A stretch of 64,000 bases of DNA. Source: Octopus sinensis. Its lineage: Eukaryota. A model generated the notes under the pieces. It searched no databases. It worked only from the letters and a program-made list of their open reading frames with translations, and was not told the origin of the DNA. The position numbers and the translations under genes are program-made. The number at the start of each line of letters is the position of its first letter. The stretch's first letter is position 1. Positions 52,841 through 64,000 of this stretch are shown one piece after another. Location: the NCBI RefSeq assembly GCF_006345805.1, contig NC_042997.1, positions 89,404,001 to 89,468,000 on the forward strand, written 5' to 3'.

Positions 52841-53153
52841 AACGGCGGTGCATCAGCATGGCCGCAGCTCTGAGCTGAAACTAGAAATAAAAAAATAAAA
52901 AATATATATCATCATCATCATCATCATCATCGTTTGACGTCCGTTTTCCGCGCTAGCACGGGTTGGACGGTTTCGACCGGGGTCTGGGGAGCTCGGGACT
53001 GCCCCAGGCTCCAGTCTAGTCTGGCAGTGTTTCTACAGCTGGATGCCCTTCCTAACGCCAACCACTCCGCGAGTGTAGTGGGTGTTTTTTACGTGCCACC
53101 TGCACGGGTGCCAGAGGGGTCTGGCATCGGCCACGTTCGGATGGTGCTTTTTA

Positions 53154-54143
53154 TGTGGGGGGGGGGAGAAATATAGGGGAGCACCAGTGGGGAGGGGTGG
53201 TTCAGAGAAATGATGACAGGTTCTAGGCAAGTAGAACGTAGGATATCAAGAGAGGGGTAATGCATGGTGAAATAGCGTATTGAAGAGGGGTGTTCGAAGA
53301 GTAGACACCTATAATGGTGGTGGGAGAAGCGACATCCGGTATAGATGGAGCAAAAATATAGAGATATCCGGTATTGGTGGTGGGGGTGGGCAAGGGCGGG
53401 TGCACCGGGAATATGACGGGCTGGCTTAAAAATGCTCTTAGCAAAGGAAGAGGGGGGATGGCAGACAACATAAAAGAGGGAGAGAGAGAAGGGAAATAGT
53501 GGAACCCCGCGAAAATGGGCCGCCATTGAAAAAAACCCCTGTATGGAGAAATAATATGCAATACAAGGCGAAGCTGAAAATAGTAATAATAATAATATAA
53601 TAATAATAATAATAATAATATAATAATAATAAAATAATAATAATAATAAGCAAATTTTCGACCGAGGATCAAAGGGACAATACTAATACTAATAATAATA
53701 GTAATAATAATAATAATAAACAGCTCAACCACAACATTAGATTAGAAAGACTCTCTTATCTTGGGAACATTTCGTTCTTCGGCCTGACACGGGAATATGA
53801 CGGGCTGGCTTAAAAATGCTCTTAGCAAAGGAAGAGGGGGGATGGCAGACAACGTAAAGAGGGAGAGAGAGAAGGGAAATAGTGGAACCCCGCGAAAATG
53901 GGCCGCCATTGAAAAACCCCTGTATGGAGAAATAATATGCAATACAAGGCGAAGCTGAAAATAGTAATAATAATAATAATAAAATAATAATAATAATAAT
54001 AAGCAAATTTTCGACCGAGGATCAAAGGGACAATACTAATACTAATAATAATAGTAATAATAATAAATAATAAACAGCTCAACCACAACATTAGATTAGA
54101 AAGACTCTCTTATCTTGGGAACATTTCGTTCTTCGGCCTGATA
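53154..54143. repeat. CpG-retaining unclassified element with near-identical tandem duplication (53406-53789 / 53790-54143)
   Basis: Both units start CGGGAATATGACGGGCTGG and end TTCTTCGGCCTGA; they differ mainly in (TAA)n length. Confidence 0.85.
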
Positions 54144-54147
54144 TGTA

Positions 54148-54219
<72 letters not shown>

Positions 54220-54597
54220 TATATACATATATATATACATATATATATACATATATATATATATATACATATACACATATATATATACATATATATACAT
54301 ATATATATATACATACATATACATATATATATATATATACATATATACATATATATACATATATACATATATATACATATATATATATACATATACATAT
54401 ATTTACATATATATACATATATATATATACATATATACATATATATATATATACATATATATATACATATATACATATATATATATATACATATTTATAT
54501 ATACATATATATATATACATATATACACATACATATATATATACATATAATATATATATATATATATACATATACACATATACATACATATATATAC

Positions 54598-54632
<35 letters not shown>

Positions 54633-54894
54633 ATATATATATACATACATACATATATATATATACATACATATATATATACTATATATATATATACATA
54701 TATATACATATATATATATATACATATATATAAATATACACATACATATATATATACATATACACATATATATACATATATATATATATACATATATATA
54801 TACATATATACATATACATATATATACATATATATATATATAATATATATACATATACATATATATACATATACATACATATACATATATACAT

Positions 54895-54942
<48 letters not shown>

Positions 54943-54992
54943 ATATATACACATATATATATACATATATATATATACATATATATATATAC

Positions 54993-55023
<31 letters not shown>

Positions 55024-55026
55024 CAT
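54144..55026. repeat. ~880 bp (TA)n/(TACA)n compound microsatellite
   Basis: Directly visible; produces many spurious YI-rich ORFs. Confidence 0.97.
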
Positions 55027-56222
55027 TGGGTAATAGAAAATATAAAATCAAACCCTAAAGCTTTCTTTAAGTTTGCCAAAGAGACAGCCACAGTGCACCA
55101 GAGAATAGGACCTCTCTTCCAAAAAGATGGCTCTCTCACAGGAAATCCCACGAGGATAAGTGAAATACTGAACGAACAGTTCCAAAGTGTGTTCACTACA
55201 CCTCTAGGACACAGGCAAGTAAACAACCCAGAAGAATTCTTTGCCACTTTACCAGCGGCCAAAGAGACAAAAATTGAGTACATCAACATCGAAGAAGATG
55301 ATATCACACTAGCCGTTGATGAGATTGACACAAACTCAGCTGCTGGACCTGATGGATTCCCAGCGATCCTTCTCAAATCGTGCAAACGAGCCCTTGCAAA
55401 ACCGCTACAGCTTCTTTTTCAGAGCTTTCTTGCAAGTGGTAAGCTCCCAGTCAATATGAAGGTAATATGCCCTATCCATAAGGGAGGTAGCAGAGCAGAT
55501 GCTAAAAATTATAGGCCTATCTCTCTGACCTCACACATCAGCAAAGTCATGGAACGAATAGTCCGTAAGAAACTAATCATGTTCCTTGAAGAAAATGACT
55601 TACTGTCTGACACCCAGCATGGATTTCGACCAGGTAGAGGCTGCCTAACACAGCTCCTGCAACACTATGACTGGGTGTTGAAACAGCTACTAAATGGCTC
55701 AAATGTGGATGTAATATATCTTGACTTTGCAAAAGCCTTTGATAAAGTCGACCATGGTATGATCTGTCAAACTGCGTGGTCTCGGCATAGGCGGGAAACT
55801 TGGAGAGTGGCTGCACAACTTCCTAAAAGACCGAAAACAGGCAGTTGTGAGCAATGGAGCCACCTCCAAGGAAACGCAAATAACAAGCGGTGTCCCACAG
55901 GGCACTGTCTTGGGGCCACTGATGTTCATAGTGGCCCTTTCAGACATGCCTTCAGTTGCTACGATGACCACCCTTGCTAGCTATGCAGATGACACAAAAG
56001 TCTCCCACGCAATACAAAACCCTGAAAATATTGCGCATCTGCAACATGAGCTGGACACAATATACAGGTGGGCTGAGGACAACAACATGCAGTTTAATGC
56101 AGGTAAGTTCCAGGCCCTGCGCTACTGGCACACAAAGGTAAATGACGTGAAGACTGGATAGACTGGCCCAGGAAGAATTGCAATCCCTGAGTCAAAATCA
56201 GTGCGTGACCTGGGCATTGACA
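55027..56222 (+). mobile_element. CR1/Jockey-group LINE RT fragment embedded in TA repeat
   Basis: SAAGPDG; PIHKGG....NYRPISLTS; QHGFR; [13 protein letters not shown]; frameshift; [11 protein letters not shown]; YADDTK; TA repeats on both sides. Confidence 0.95.
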
Positions 56223-56340
56223 TATATATATATATATATTCAATTAGAAGTTAAATTAGTCTCATTCAGGGATGGTATCATCCAAGGAATTACAGGTTCA
56301 ATGCCTAATATTTACTAGGAATAATATTTGTAAAATAATA

Positions 56341-56370
<30 letters not shown>

Positions 56371-56375
<5 letters not shown>

Positions 56376-56876
56376 GTGTAATAATGCTCTCTATACAATA
56401 TAAATTGATATGTTCAAAAGAAAAAATTATTTTCGAATTTTTCTCTTATGAGGTTTTTCACACTAACTACCTGATAATTTCTTGTTAAGATTCCTTATTA
56501 AGAAGTTATCCTTAATTGTTAAATTTATTCCGAAAAATTTTTCCTACCCGACATGCAGTTCGAGAAAGCCCGCCATTTACTGAATATATGATTTATAAAC
56601 ATCTCCATGTGCTTCGCCAGAGAGAGCAGATGTCTGTTCGACTTCGCCAGGTAATGTTGGTTGTTTATTTATGATGTGTTCAGAATAAGTTCTACTGATG
56701 AACATAGACGTATTTTTATGCGTTAAGTGTGAAATCACAGGTGATATAGAACTAAATTCAATTTTTAAATGTCTTGCTTTGAAGAACTGCATTAGGTACG
56801 ATTAGTGAAATTTTGGTAGTAATGACTTATGTCCCTCTTAGTGTGAGGCATTTATGTGTAATAATGCCCTCTATAC

Positions 56877-56880
<4 letters not shown>
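56371..56880 (-). mobile_element. Possible Penelope-like (GIY-YIG) remnant bounded by 30-bp direct repeats
   Basis: TTTATGTGTAATAATGC(T/C)CTCTATACAATA at both ends; minus-strand 'RTYSEH...TSAL/LAKH' resembles GIY-YIG R..EH...SA.A.H across a frameshift. Confidence 0.35.
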
Positions 56881-56918
<38 letters not shown>

Positions 56919-56951
56919 GTGTGTGTGTATATTTATATATATATATATATA

Positions 56952-58446
56952 ACTTTAGACTCAAGGCCAGAAGGATGCCAAGAAGCAGACCAATCCAGAA
57001 AAGAAAGATTTGGAAGCTAAAGAACCCTTCACATAGTCAGAGATTTAGGGACATCCTCATCAAGAAATTTGATGAGAGGGAGGAGGACCTACACACCTCA
57101 GACATAGAAGGTAGCAGGAAATTCCTACGGGACCAAGTCTGCAGATGGTGCAAAGTCCCTTCCAGACCTAGAGTAACATGGTGGTGGAATAATATGGTAG
57201 ACAAAGCCATTAGAACAAAGAAACTGGCCTGGAAAGCCTGGAATAATGGGGGTAGCAGGGAATTGTACCAGATAGCCAGAAGGAAGTCTGGGTGGCAGGT
57301 ATACATAGCCAAGAGTGAAGCAGAAAAGAAGTTTGCTAATGTCCAGCAATGTGAGGACCAAAGAACTGAAGTATTTTGGATTGCAAGACAGTGTGTGAGA
57401 GAAAATTGTGATGTGACAGGAGAGAAATGTGTCTGCATGAATGATGGTGCACTTGCTTTTAATGATTTAGAAAAGAAAGAGGCTTGGAGAAGCCATTATG
57501 AAAGACTGATGAACATGGATAATGAATGGGAGGAGGGGAGCTTGCCAAATGCTGACCCAGTAGAAGGACTAGCTAGTCAAATAGACAGCACCCTAGTAGA
57601 TAAAGAAGTTAAGGATATGAAGCTAGGAAAATCCCCTGGCCCATCAGGAATCACTGCTGAGATGCTTAAAACATCTGGTGGTGTGGGCTATGGCCTAGTC
57701 ACTTGTATTGTAAACCAGGTAGTTCATGATGGAGTCATACCCAATGACTGGTGTAGCAGCACCATAGTCAATTGCTACAAGGGTAAAGGTGATGCCTTAG
57801 ATAGAAATAGCTACAAGGGTATCAAACTGCTGGATGAGGTGATGAAGGTCACGGAGAGGGTCATAGCCCAACTAATTAGGGAGAAAGTCTGCTTAGATGA
57901 GATGCAGTTTGGTTTTGTGCCAGGTAGAAGCACCACTGATGCTATATTCCTGCTATCACAACTGCAGGAGAAATACATAGCCAAAGATAAACCCCTATAC
58001 TTGGCGTTTGTGGATTTGGAGAAAGCCTTTGACAGGGTCCCCTGATCCCTTATCTGGTGGGCAATGCAGAAACTGGGGATTGATGAATGGTTAATAAGTG
58101 CTGTACAGGCTCTATACAGAGATGCCATTAGTAAGGTTCGGGTTGGCAATGAATATAGTGAAGAATTCTGGGTAGAAGTAGGGGTCCACCAAGGATCAGC
58201 CCTCAGGCCCCTCTTATTCATTATAGTCCTCTAGGCAATAACAGAGGAATTCAAGACAGGTTGCCCCTGAGAGCTCCTTTATGCTGATGACCTGGCCCTC
58301 ATAGCAGAATCACTACCAGAAGTAGAGAAGAAATTTCAGGTTTAGAATTGAAGCAAGATTTAGAATCGAAGGGTCTTAGAGTCAATGTCGCAAAGACCAA
58401 AGTTCTAGTAAGTAGGAGGGCGAACACATCACACATCCCTTCAGGT
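56952..58446 (+). mobile_element. RTE-clade LINE RT fragment (same family as 11215 and 43441 copies)
   Basis: 410-aa ORF with WWWN, GKSPGPSG, QFGFVPGRSTTDAIF, FVDLEKAFDRVP, then stops, GVHQGS and LLYADDL; 3'-truncated by a MITE. Confidence 0.95.
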
Positions 58447-58757
58447 AAAATAAAACAGGTAGAATATTTTGGCTGGATATGACCAGTTTAAATGCTAAAG
58501 AGCTAAAACAGAAAGTTTGTATCTTAGAATCAGAGGCAATTTCAGGCAGGTTGGTATGAAATGGGTTAAACAGCTAGTTTGTCATTAGTATGGGTTTGTT
58601 GGGATTTTAGTCATTGCAGGTTTAGTTGAGTTAGGTGCTAGTCATTATATTATGATGAATTGGTGTAGCATGCTGTATTGTGTATTAGGTAATTCTTCTC
58701 TTACAACTATGGTGCTATGTAAGTTAAATAATATTTGTCATTTTTGTGCTTCTTTAG

Positions 58758-58860
58758 CAATTGAAACACAGCCAACCAAAAGTTAGTCTTGCTTTACCAG
58801 AACCAAAAATTGACTATTATTTCAATAAAAGTGTGGCTGAAGAAAAATTAACTAAACCAG
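58758..58860 (+). CDS. Gene 2 internal exon d
   Basis: Acceptor cttctttag|, donor CAG|gtaagc; 103 nt, phase 0 to 1; QLKHSQPKVSLALPEPKIDYYFNKSVAEEKLTKP(D). Confidence 0.8.
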
Positions 58861-59117
58861 GTAAGCAGCATGATGTTTTTAAATTCTTCAAATATTTCCA
58901 CCACCAACATTCTAAGAAAGGAGTAAACATACAGAAAAGACAATAGTTTGTGGTTGTTGGTTTTGCTACTAGTACTATTACTTGAGATGTTTAATATACC
59001 TTGCTTGCAATGTTTTCTTCACATTCGTTATTCAAAAAAAAAAAACTAAACATTTTTCTTTCCCTCAAAATGATCTGTAAAAGGTAATAGAAGGACTGTT
59101 AAACTAATATTATTATA

Positions 59118-60033
59118 TTGGTTTTAAATTTTGGCATAAGGGCAATAATTTTGGAGGCAGGATTAAGTCAATTAAATTGACCACAGTGCTCAATTGGTAC
59201 TTATTTTATCAACATTGAAAGGATGAAAAGCAACTTTGACCCAGATCACATTTGAACCCAGATCACAGGGATGGAGGAAATGCCACTAAGCATTTTGCCC
59301 AGCATGCTAACAACTCTGCCAGCTCACTACCATATCGTGACACAAATGAATGAAAAGACCCAGTTCCCAGTGAGACAACAATGTTAATAATTCTTTCTAA
59401 TTCTAGCACAAGACCAGCAATTTTGAGGTGAGGGGAAATCAATTACATTGACTTCATTGCTCAACTGGAACTATTTTGTTAACCCTGAAAGAATGAAAAG
59501 CAAAGTCAGTCTCAGTGGAATTTGAACTCAGAATGTAATGGTTTGGAAGAGATACCACTAAACATTTTGTCTGATATATTAACAACCCTGCCAGCTTGCT
59601 GTGTTTATTAATAAACCTTTCTACAAGGCCTGAAATTTTGCGGGAGGGAGCTAGTCAATTACATTGACTCCAGTGCTCAACTGGTATTTATTTTATTGAC
59701 CCCGGAAGGATGAAAGGCAAAGTCAACCTCAGTGGAATTTGAACTCAGAATGTTAAGACAGATGAAATGCCACAAAGCATTTTGCTTGGCATGCTAATGA
59801 TTCTGCCAGCTTGTCACCTTGGTTTCAAATTTTGGCACAAATCCAGCAATTTCAAGGGCGGGGATAAATTGATTACATCAATTCCAGTATTCCACTGGCA
59901 CTTAATTTATCAGCCCTGAAAGATGAAAGGCAAATTCAACCACAGTGGAATTTGAACTCAAAATTTAAAGATGAATGAACTGTCACTAAGCATTTTGCCT
60001 GCCATGCTAACGATTCTGCCAGCTTGCTGCCTT
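59118..60033 (-). mobile_element. Array of four or more head-to-tail SINE family 2 copies
   Basis: TTTGAAC(T/C)CA (reverse box B) recurs near 59251, 59521, 59738 and 59951. Confidence 0.85.
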
Positions 60034-60194
60034 TGTCTTTGTTAATAATGTTAATAATGAAATCTATCACTAGAATATATAATAAAAGACACATGTTGAT
60101 TAAATGACATCTTTCATTGAAATATATATATATATATCATATATATATAGGTTTTGATATGTGTATATATATAAAATGACATTTTATTTCTTAG

Positions 60195-60411
60195 ACACAA
60201 GAAAATCAGGGACTAAAATTAAAGTATGCACTGAAGACAGTGAAACAATTGGTAAGATGGTAGGCTTGATACTTGAAAGATATCCTGAGAAGATTACTGT
60301 GGTAACAGATAAACTGAAAGGTTTTCATCTCCCTGCAAACCTACGCAAACAGATATGGACTGAGGTGCTTTTTCAGAATGTAAATCCTATGACAAACAAT
60401 CAATCAAGTGG
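60195..60411 (+). CDS. Gene 2 internal exon e, start of a putative TBC (Rab-GAP)-like domain
   Basis: Acceptor tttcttag|, donor GG|gtaagt; 217 nt, phase 1 to 2; ...KLKGFHLPANLRKQIWTEVLF... resembles the TBC N-terminal G.P..LR..W motif; no stop codon reached. Confidence 0.8.
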
Positions 60412-61097
60412 GTAAGTTGTTCTAGAAATGGTTCTTCTCCTGCTTCTTGCCATTGCTGTTTAATCACAGGTAAGCCTAGTGGAGGTGTGTGGCTTAGTGG
60501 TTAGGGTGTTGGACTCATGATCGTAAGATTTGGTTTCAGTTCCTGGACTGGGCGACACGTTGAGTTCTTGAGCAAAGCACTTTATTTCACATTGCTCCAG
60601 TCCACTCAGCTGGCAAAGGTAAGTAGTCCTGCAATGGACTGGTGTCCTATCCAGGTGGAGAATATATATGCCATGGAAATTGGGAAACCAGCTTTTATGA
60701 GTTGGTGTGACTCGAACAGGTAACTTTACCTTTATCTTTTCCACAGATAAGCCTTGACTGAACTGACAAATGATCAAGGACATTTCAACTGTGATTATAC
60801 TGTTTTTACTTTCAGACTGTGTAATTATATTATATTATCCAATAAGTCTGTCAAGAGAGCAGATATGATTTAAGGAAGATTTGGCTGTTATTTCTAGCTG
60901 GTCAAGTGTATAATGTAGAGGTTTCCTATTTCGCTTGTCTGTTTACCTCCTGCTGCTTTACATGAAGTGGTGCAATTCTACTTCAGATAAATGGCTTATG
61001 GTCAAATTATTTGCTTAGAGGTATTCAGAATCAAACAAAATAGTTAATTTTTGATTAAATAAAGCATAAAGCAGAGAATTAGTTGAGTTGCTTGAAC

Positions 61098-61113
61098 CTC
61101 CTCCTCCTCCTTC

Positions 61114-61150
<37 letters not shown>

Positions 61151-61268
61151 AGTCATCATTATCATCATTGTTGCTAACGCTGCTGCCGCCGCCGCCGCCT
61201 CCGCCACCGCCACCACCACCACCACCACCACAACAACAACAACAACAACAACATCAACAACATCATCA
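61098..61268. repeat. Compound trinucleotide tract CCT/CAT/GCC/CAC/CAA
   Basis: Directly visible, at the tail of a reverse RTE 3' fragment. Confidence 0.9.
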
Positions 61269-61980
61269 TTTAATAATCCATTTTCCATGCTGGCATGAGT
61301 TGGATGGTATGACAGGAACAGGCAAGTCAAGACTACACCAGTCTTCAATTGTCTGTTTTGGTATAGTTTCTACAGCTGGATGCTCTTCCTAATGCTAACT
61401 TGTGCTTTTTGTGAGATACCAGTGAGGCACAGTGAGGTCAACTAGTAACTTGCAGGGCAAGACCCCTTAACTGGAGGGAGTAGTTTGTAAGGGACAAAAA
61501 GGTGTTTTGTATTAGAAGAGAGACATGGCTCTCTTCAGATGGAGAAGAGAGAGAGGACAGAAAGCTGAAAGTGTGGAAGAGAGTGGGCAGGGGCCATATA
61601 CCCAAGTTATTGGATGGTGCATATAGTAGAATAGATCAGAGGTTGGAGAGGGGGTAACATCCACACTTCTATGCTTGCATGTATTGAACAGAATTTGTTC
61701 AGGTAGATATTCTATGGATAGATGCCTTTACTGTTGCCAACCCTCACCTGCTTCCAAGTGAGGTAATATTTTCTCGTGATGAGACATACTTTCACAGAAG
61801 ATTGAATATGAAGGGCACTGCTCGCATCATGGTGACACTTGCTTACAACTGTTACACAATGAATAATGCCAAGGCAAGGAGACAATAACATACACACACA
61901 CAATGCATAACCCCCCCCCCCCCAAACATACATACACACACATGCATGCACACGCACACACACACACACACACACACATG

Positions 61981-62201
61981 TATGAAGGGGTGCTGTAAAG
62001 TTGCTGGCTTAAGGCAAAAGAAAATATAGGAGGATCAGTTAATTATGATTTTTTTCAACATATTCCCCTCTCAGATTTGCGCACATATTGCAGCAGTTCT
62101 TTAGTTTTTCTAAGCCCTGTAAAAGAACTTGGAATTTTGGGACACCATCCAGGCCTTTCATGATACCCTTAAAGCCAGGAACTTTTCAGCACTTTCTCGT
62201 A
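61981..62201. mobile_element. Mariner-type MITE
   Basis: TIRs TATGAAGGGGTGCTGTAAAGTTGCTGGCTT / AAGCCAGGAACTTTTCAGCACTTTCTCGTA, with TA at both ends. Confidence 0.75.
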
Positions 62202-62240
<39 letters not shown>

Positions 62241-62558
62241 TGTGTGTGTGAGTGAGTATGTGTGTGTATATATATGTATTTATATATAATGTTATAATTC
62301 TTTCTTAGGAAATATATAGAACTACTCAGGTTAAACCCAAGAGAAAGGATAAGAATTAAAATAAAAGCTCAAATTAGGCAATCAACTTTTTTTTAAATAT
62401 ACACATACATAGTCATAAATTCAATTTAAAATATATATGTATATTAATACATACCACGATACAAAATATATTAAAAAAATATATATAAATATATATAATT
62501 CTATAATCCATGTGGATTATTAACTAGAAATTGTAAGAATGTGATTTTCAAATGAGGA

Positions 62559-62657
62559 TACTTTTCCTGATGAAGGAGACATTGTCTGCATGGATTGTAA
62601 AATTTCTCTTAAATTTTTCTACTGGGACATGAACTCTGGAAATAGCCGTAGAAAGTA
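62559..62657 (+). ncRNA. Type I hammerhead-ribozyme-like motif (Penelope-like remnant)
   Basis: TACTTTTC, CTGATGA (62567), AGGAG...CTCTG, GAAA (62639), TAGCC, GTA, GAAAGTA; stem I TACTTT(T)C pairs with GAAAGTA. Confidence 0.55.
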
Positions 62658-62892
62658 ATTTTCCTCTGATTGTATTGTATACTAGTTATATATTTAAAAA
62701 AAAGTGGATTGAATTTAGTAATTGAAATTAGTAATTGAAATTTTAGACATTCTTAACTGCTTTTAATTTTAGCATTGAAAAAAATTTTTACTAGTTCTCT
62801 TTTCCTCACTTTTTTCCGTATACATCGCATGTATGTCCTATTTACATATATTTTTATATATATTTATATTTAAAAAAAAAATATTTTGTATT

Positions 62893-63096
62893 CTTTATTC
62901 TTTAACTTGTTTCAGTCATTTGACTGCGACCATGCTGGAGCACCGCCTTTAGTCGTGCAAATCGACCCCAGGACTTATTCTTTTGTAACCCTAGTACTTA
63001 TTCTATTGGTCTCTTTTGCCAAACCGTTAAGTTACGGGGACGTAAACACACCAGCATTGGTTGTCAAGCGATGTTGGTACAAACACAGACACACAA

Positions 63097-63127
<31 letters not shown>

Positions 63128-63274
63128 CGATGGGCTTCTTTCAGTTTCCGTCTACCAAATCCACTCACAAGGCTTTGGTCGGCCCGAGGCTATAGTAGAA
63201 GACACTTATCCAAGGTGCCACGCAGTGGGACTGAACCCATAACCATGTGGTTGGTAAGCAAGCTACTTACCACA
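62893..63274 (-). mobile_element. Young tRNA-derived SINE family 1 copy
   Basis: CpG-intact reverse copy with box B; inserted between the inverted repeat arms. Confidence 0.88.
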
Positions 63275-63654
63275 GTATCTTGATATGTATTAATATATAT
63301 GTATATTTTAAATTGAATTTATGACTATGTATGCATATATTTAAAAAAAGTTGATTGCCTAATTTGAGCTTTTATTTTAATTCTTATATTAATAGACGTT
63401 AAACGATGATGATGATGATGATGATATATATTTCCTAGCTTTAATTCTAGCATCATTTCTTTAAATTCAGCTTGTACTTGTTCTAAAGCCTTGCAATTTT
63501 CAAGCTAAGAGTTAAATATTATTTTAAGTTAATTAAGCCTAGTAAAAATGTGCTGTTTTCACCTTTTGTTTTGTTTGCTTGAATATTTTATCTCACCACC
63601 CTTATTATATTTTGGGCATGGAGTATCCAAGAAAAATGTGCTATTTTTGCTTTT

Positions 63655-63686
<32 letters not shown>

Positions 63687-64000
63687 ACTGGCTCCCATTA
63701 TTAGTATATTTTTGGCATGGGGTAGCCATGCTGCTCAGTATTGGACTGATAGGACTAGTAGAACATCAGGCAAGATGCCTGATGGTATTTGTTCCAGTTC
63801 TTTGTGTTTTAGTAGCAATACCTGCAACAGCTCAGGTGCCAAGTAGTGTTCCTTTAAAGTAGTGGCCTTTCTCTTGAACAGTATTGATGATACAAAGAAA
63901 GAGCACTTGTATGTATGAGCAACTCCAATTATCATCATCATCATCTAGCTTCTGTTTTCCATGCTGGCATGGGTTAGATGGTTTGACTAAAGCTGGTGAG

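Noticed and set aside
54091-55385. Long ORFs (up to 313 aa) rich in Y/I/M/C
   Set aside because: Translations of the TA/TACA microsatellite; not genes.
56813-58045. 410-aa ORF as a host gene or intact RT
   Set aside because: RTE fragment that starts in a microsatellite, with stop codons before and around the YADD region and no endonuclease domain.
61079-61392. Poly-P/Q/H and poly-A/T ORFs resembling a transcription factor
   Set aside because: Compound trinucleotide microsatellite at a retroelement tail, with no supporting splice context.

Overview
AT-rich, microsatellite-dense animal genomic DNA. The SINE, RTE and MITE families look like those of an octopod cephalopod (Octopus sp.); this is an inference from repeat recognition. 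Two spliced protein-coding genes lie on the + strand. (1) A SPRING1/C12orf49 (SREBP-pathway regulator, UPF0454) ortholog has four phase-compatible exons at 20261-28827; its first coding exon was not found and probably lies upstream of the window. (2) An uncharacterised gene has five phase-compatible exons at 46308-60411 (227 codons, open at both ends) leading into a TBC/Rab-GAP-like 'P..LR..IW' motif, possibly a divergent TBC1D19-like protein; no first exon could be located. The rest is mostly decayed transposons (RTE, CR1-like, Tx1/L1, R4/Dong-like, DD37D Tc1/mariner, piggyBac- and hAT-type MITEs, three tRNA-SINE families) and simple repeats, which explain most ORF-track entries. The most notable non-coding signals are several type I hammerhead-like motifs in Penelope-like remnants, long inverted repeats, a duplicated decoy splice acceptor in SPRING1 and head-to-tail SINE arrays. 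No wholly new system can be demonstrated from sequence alone.
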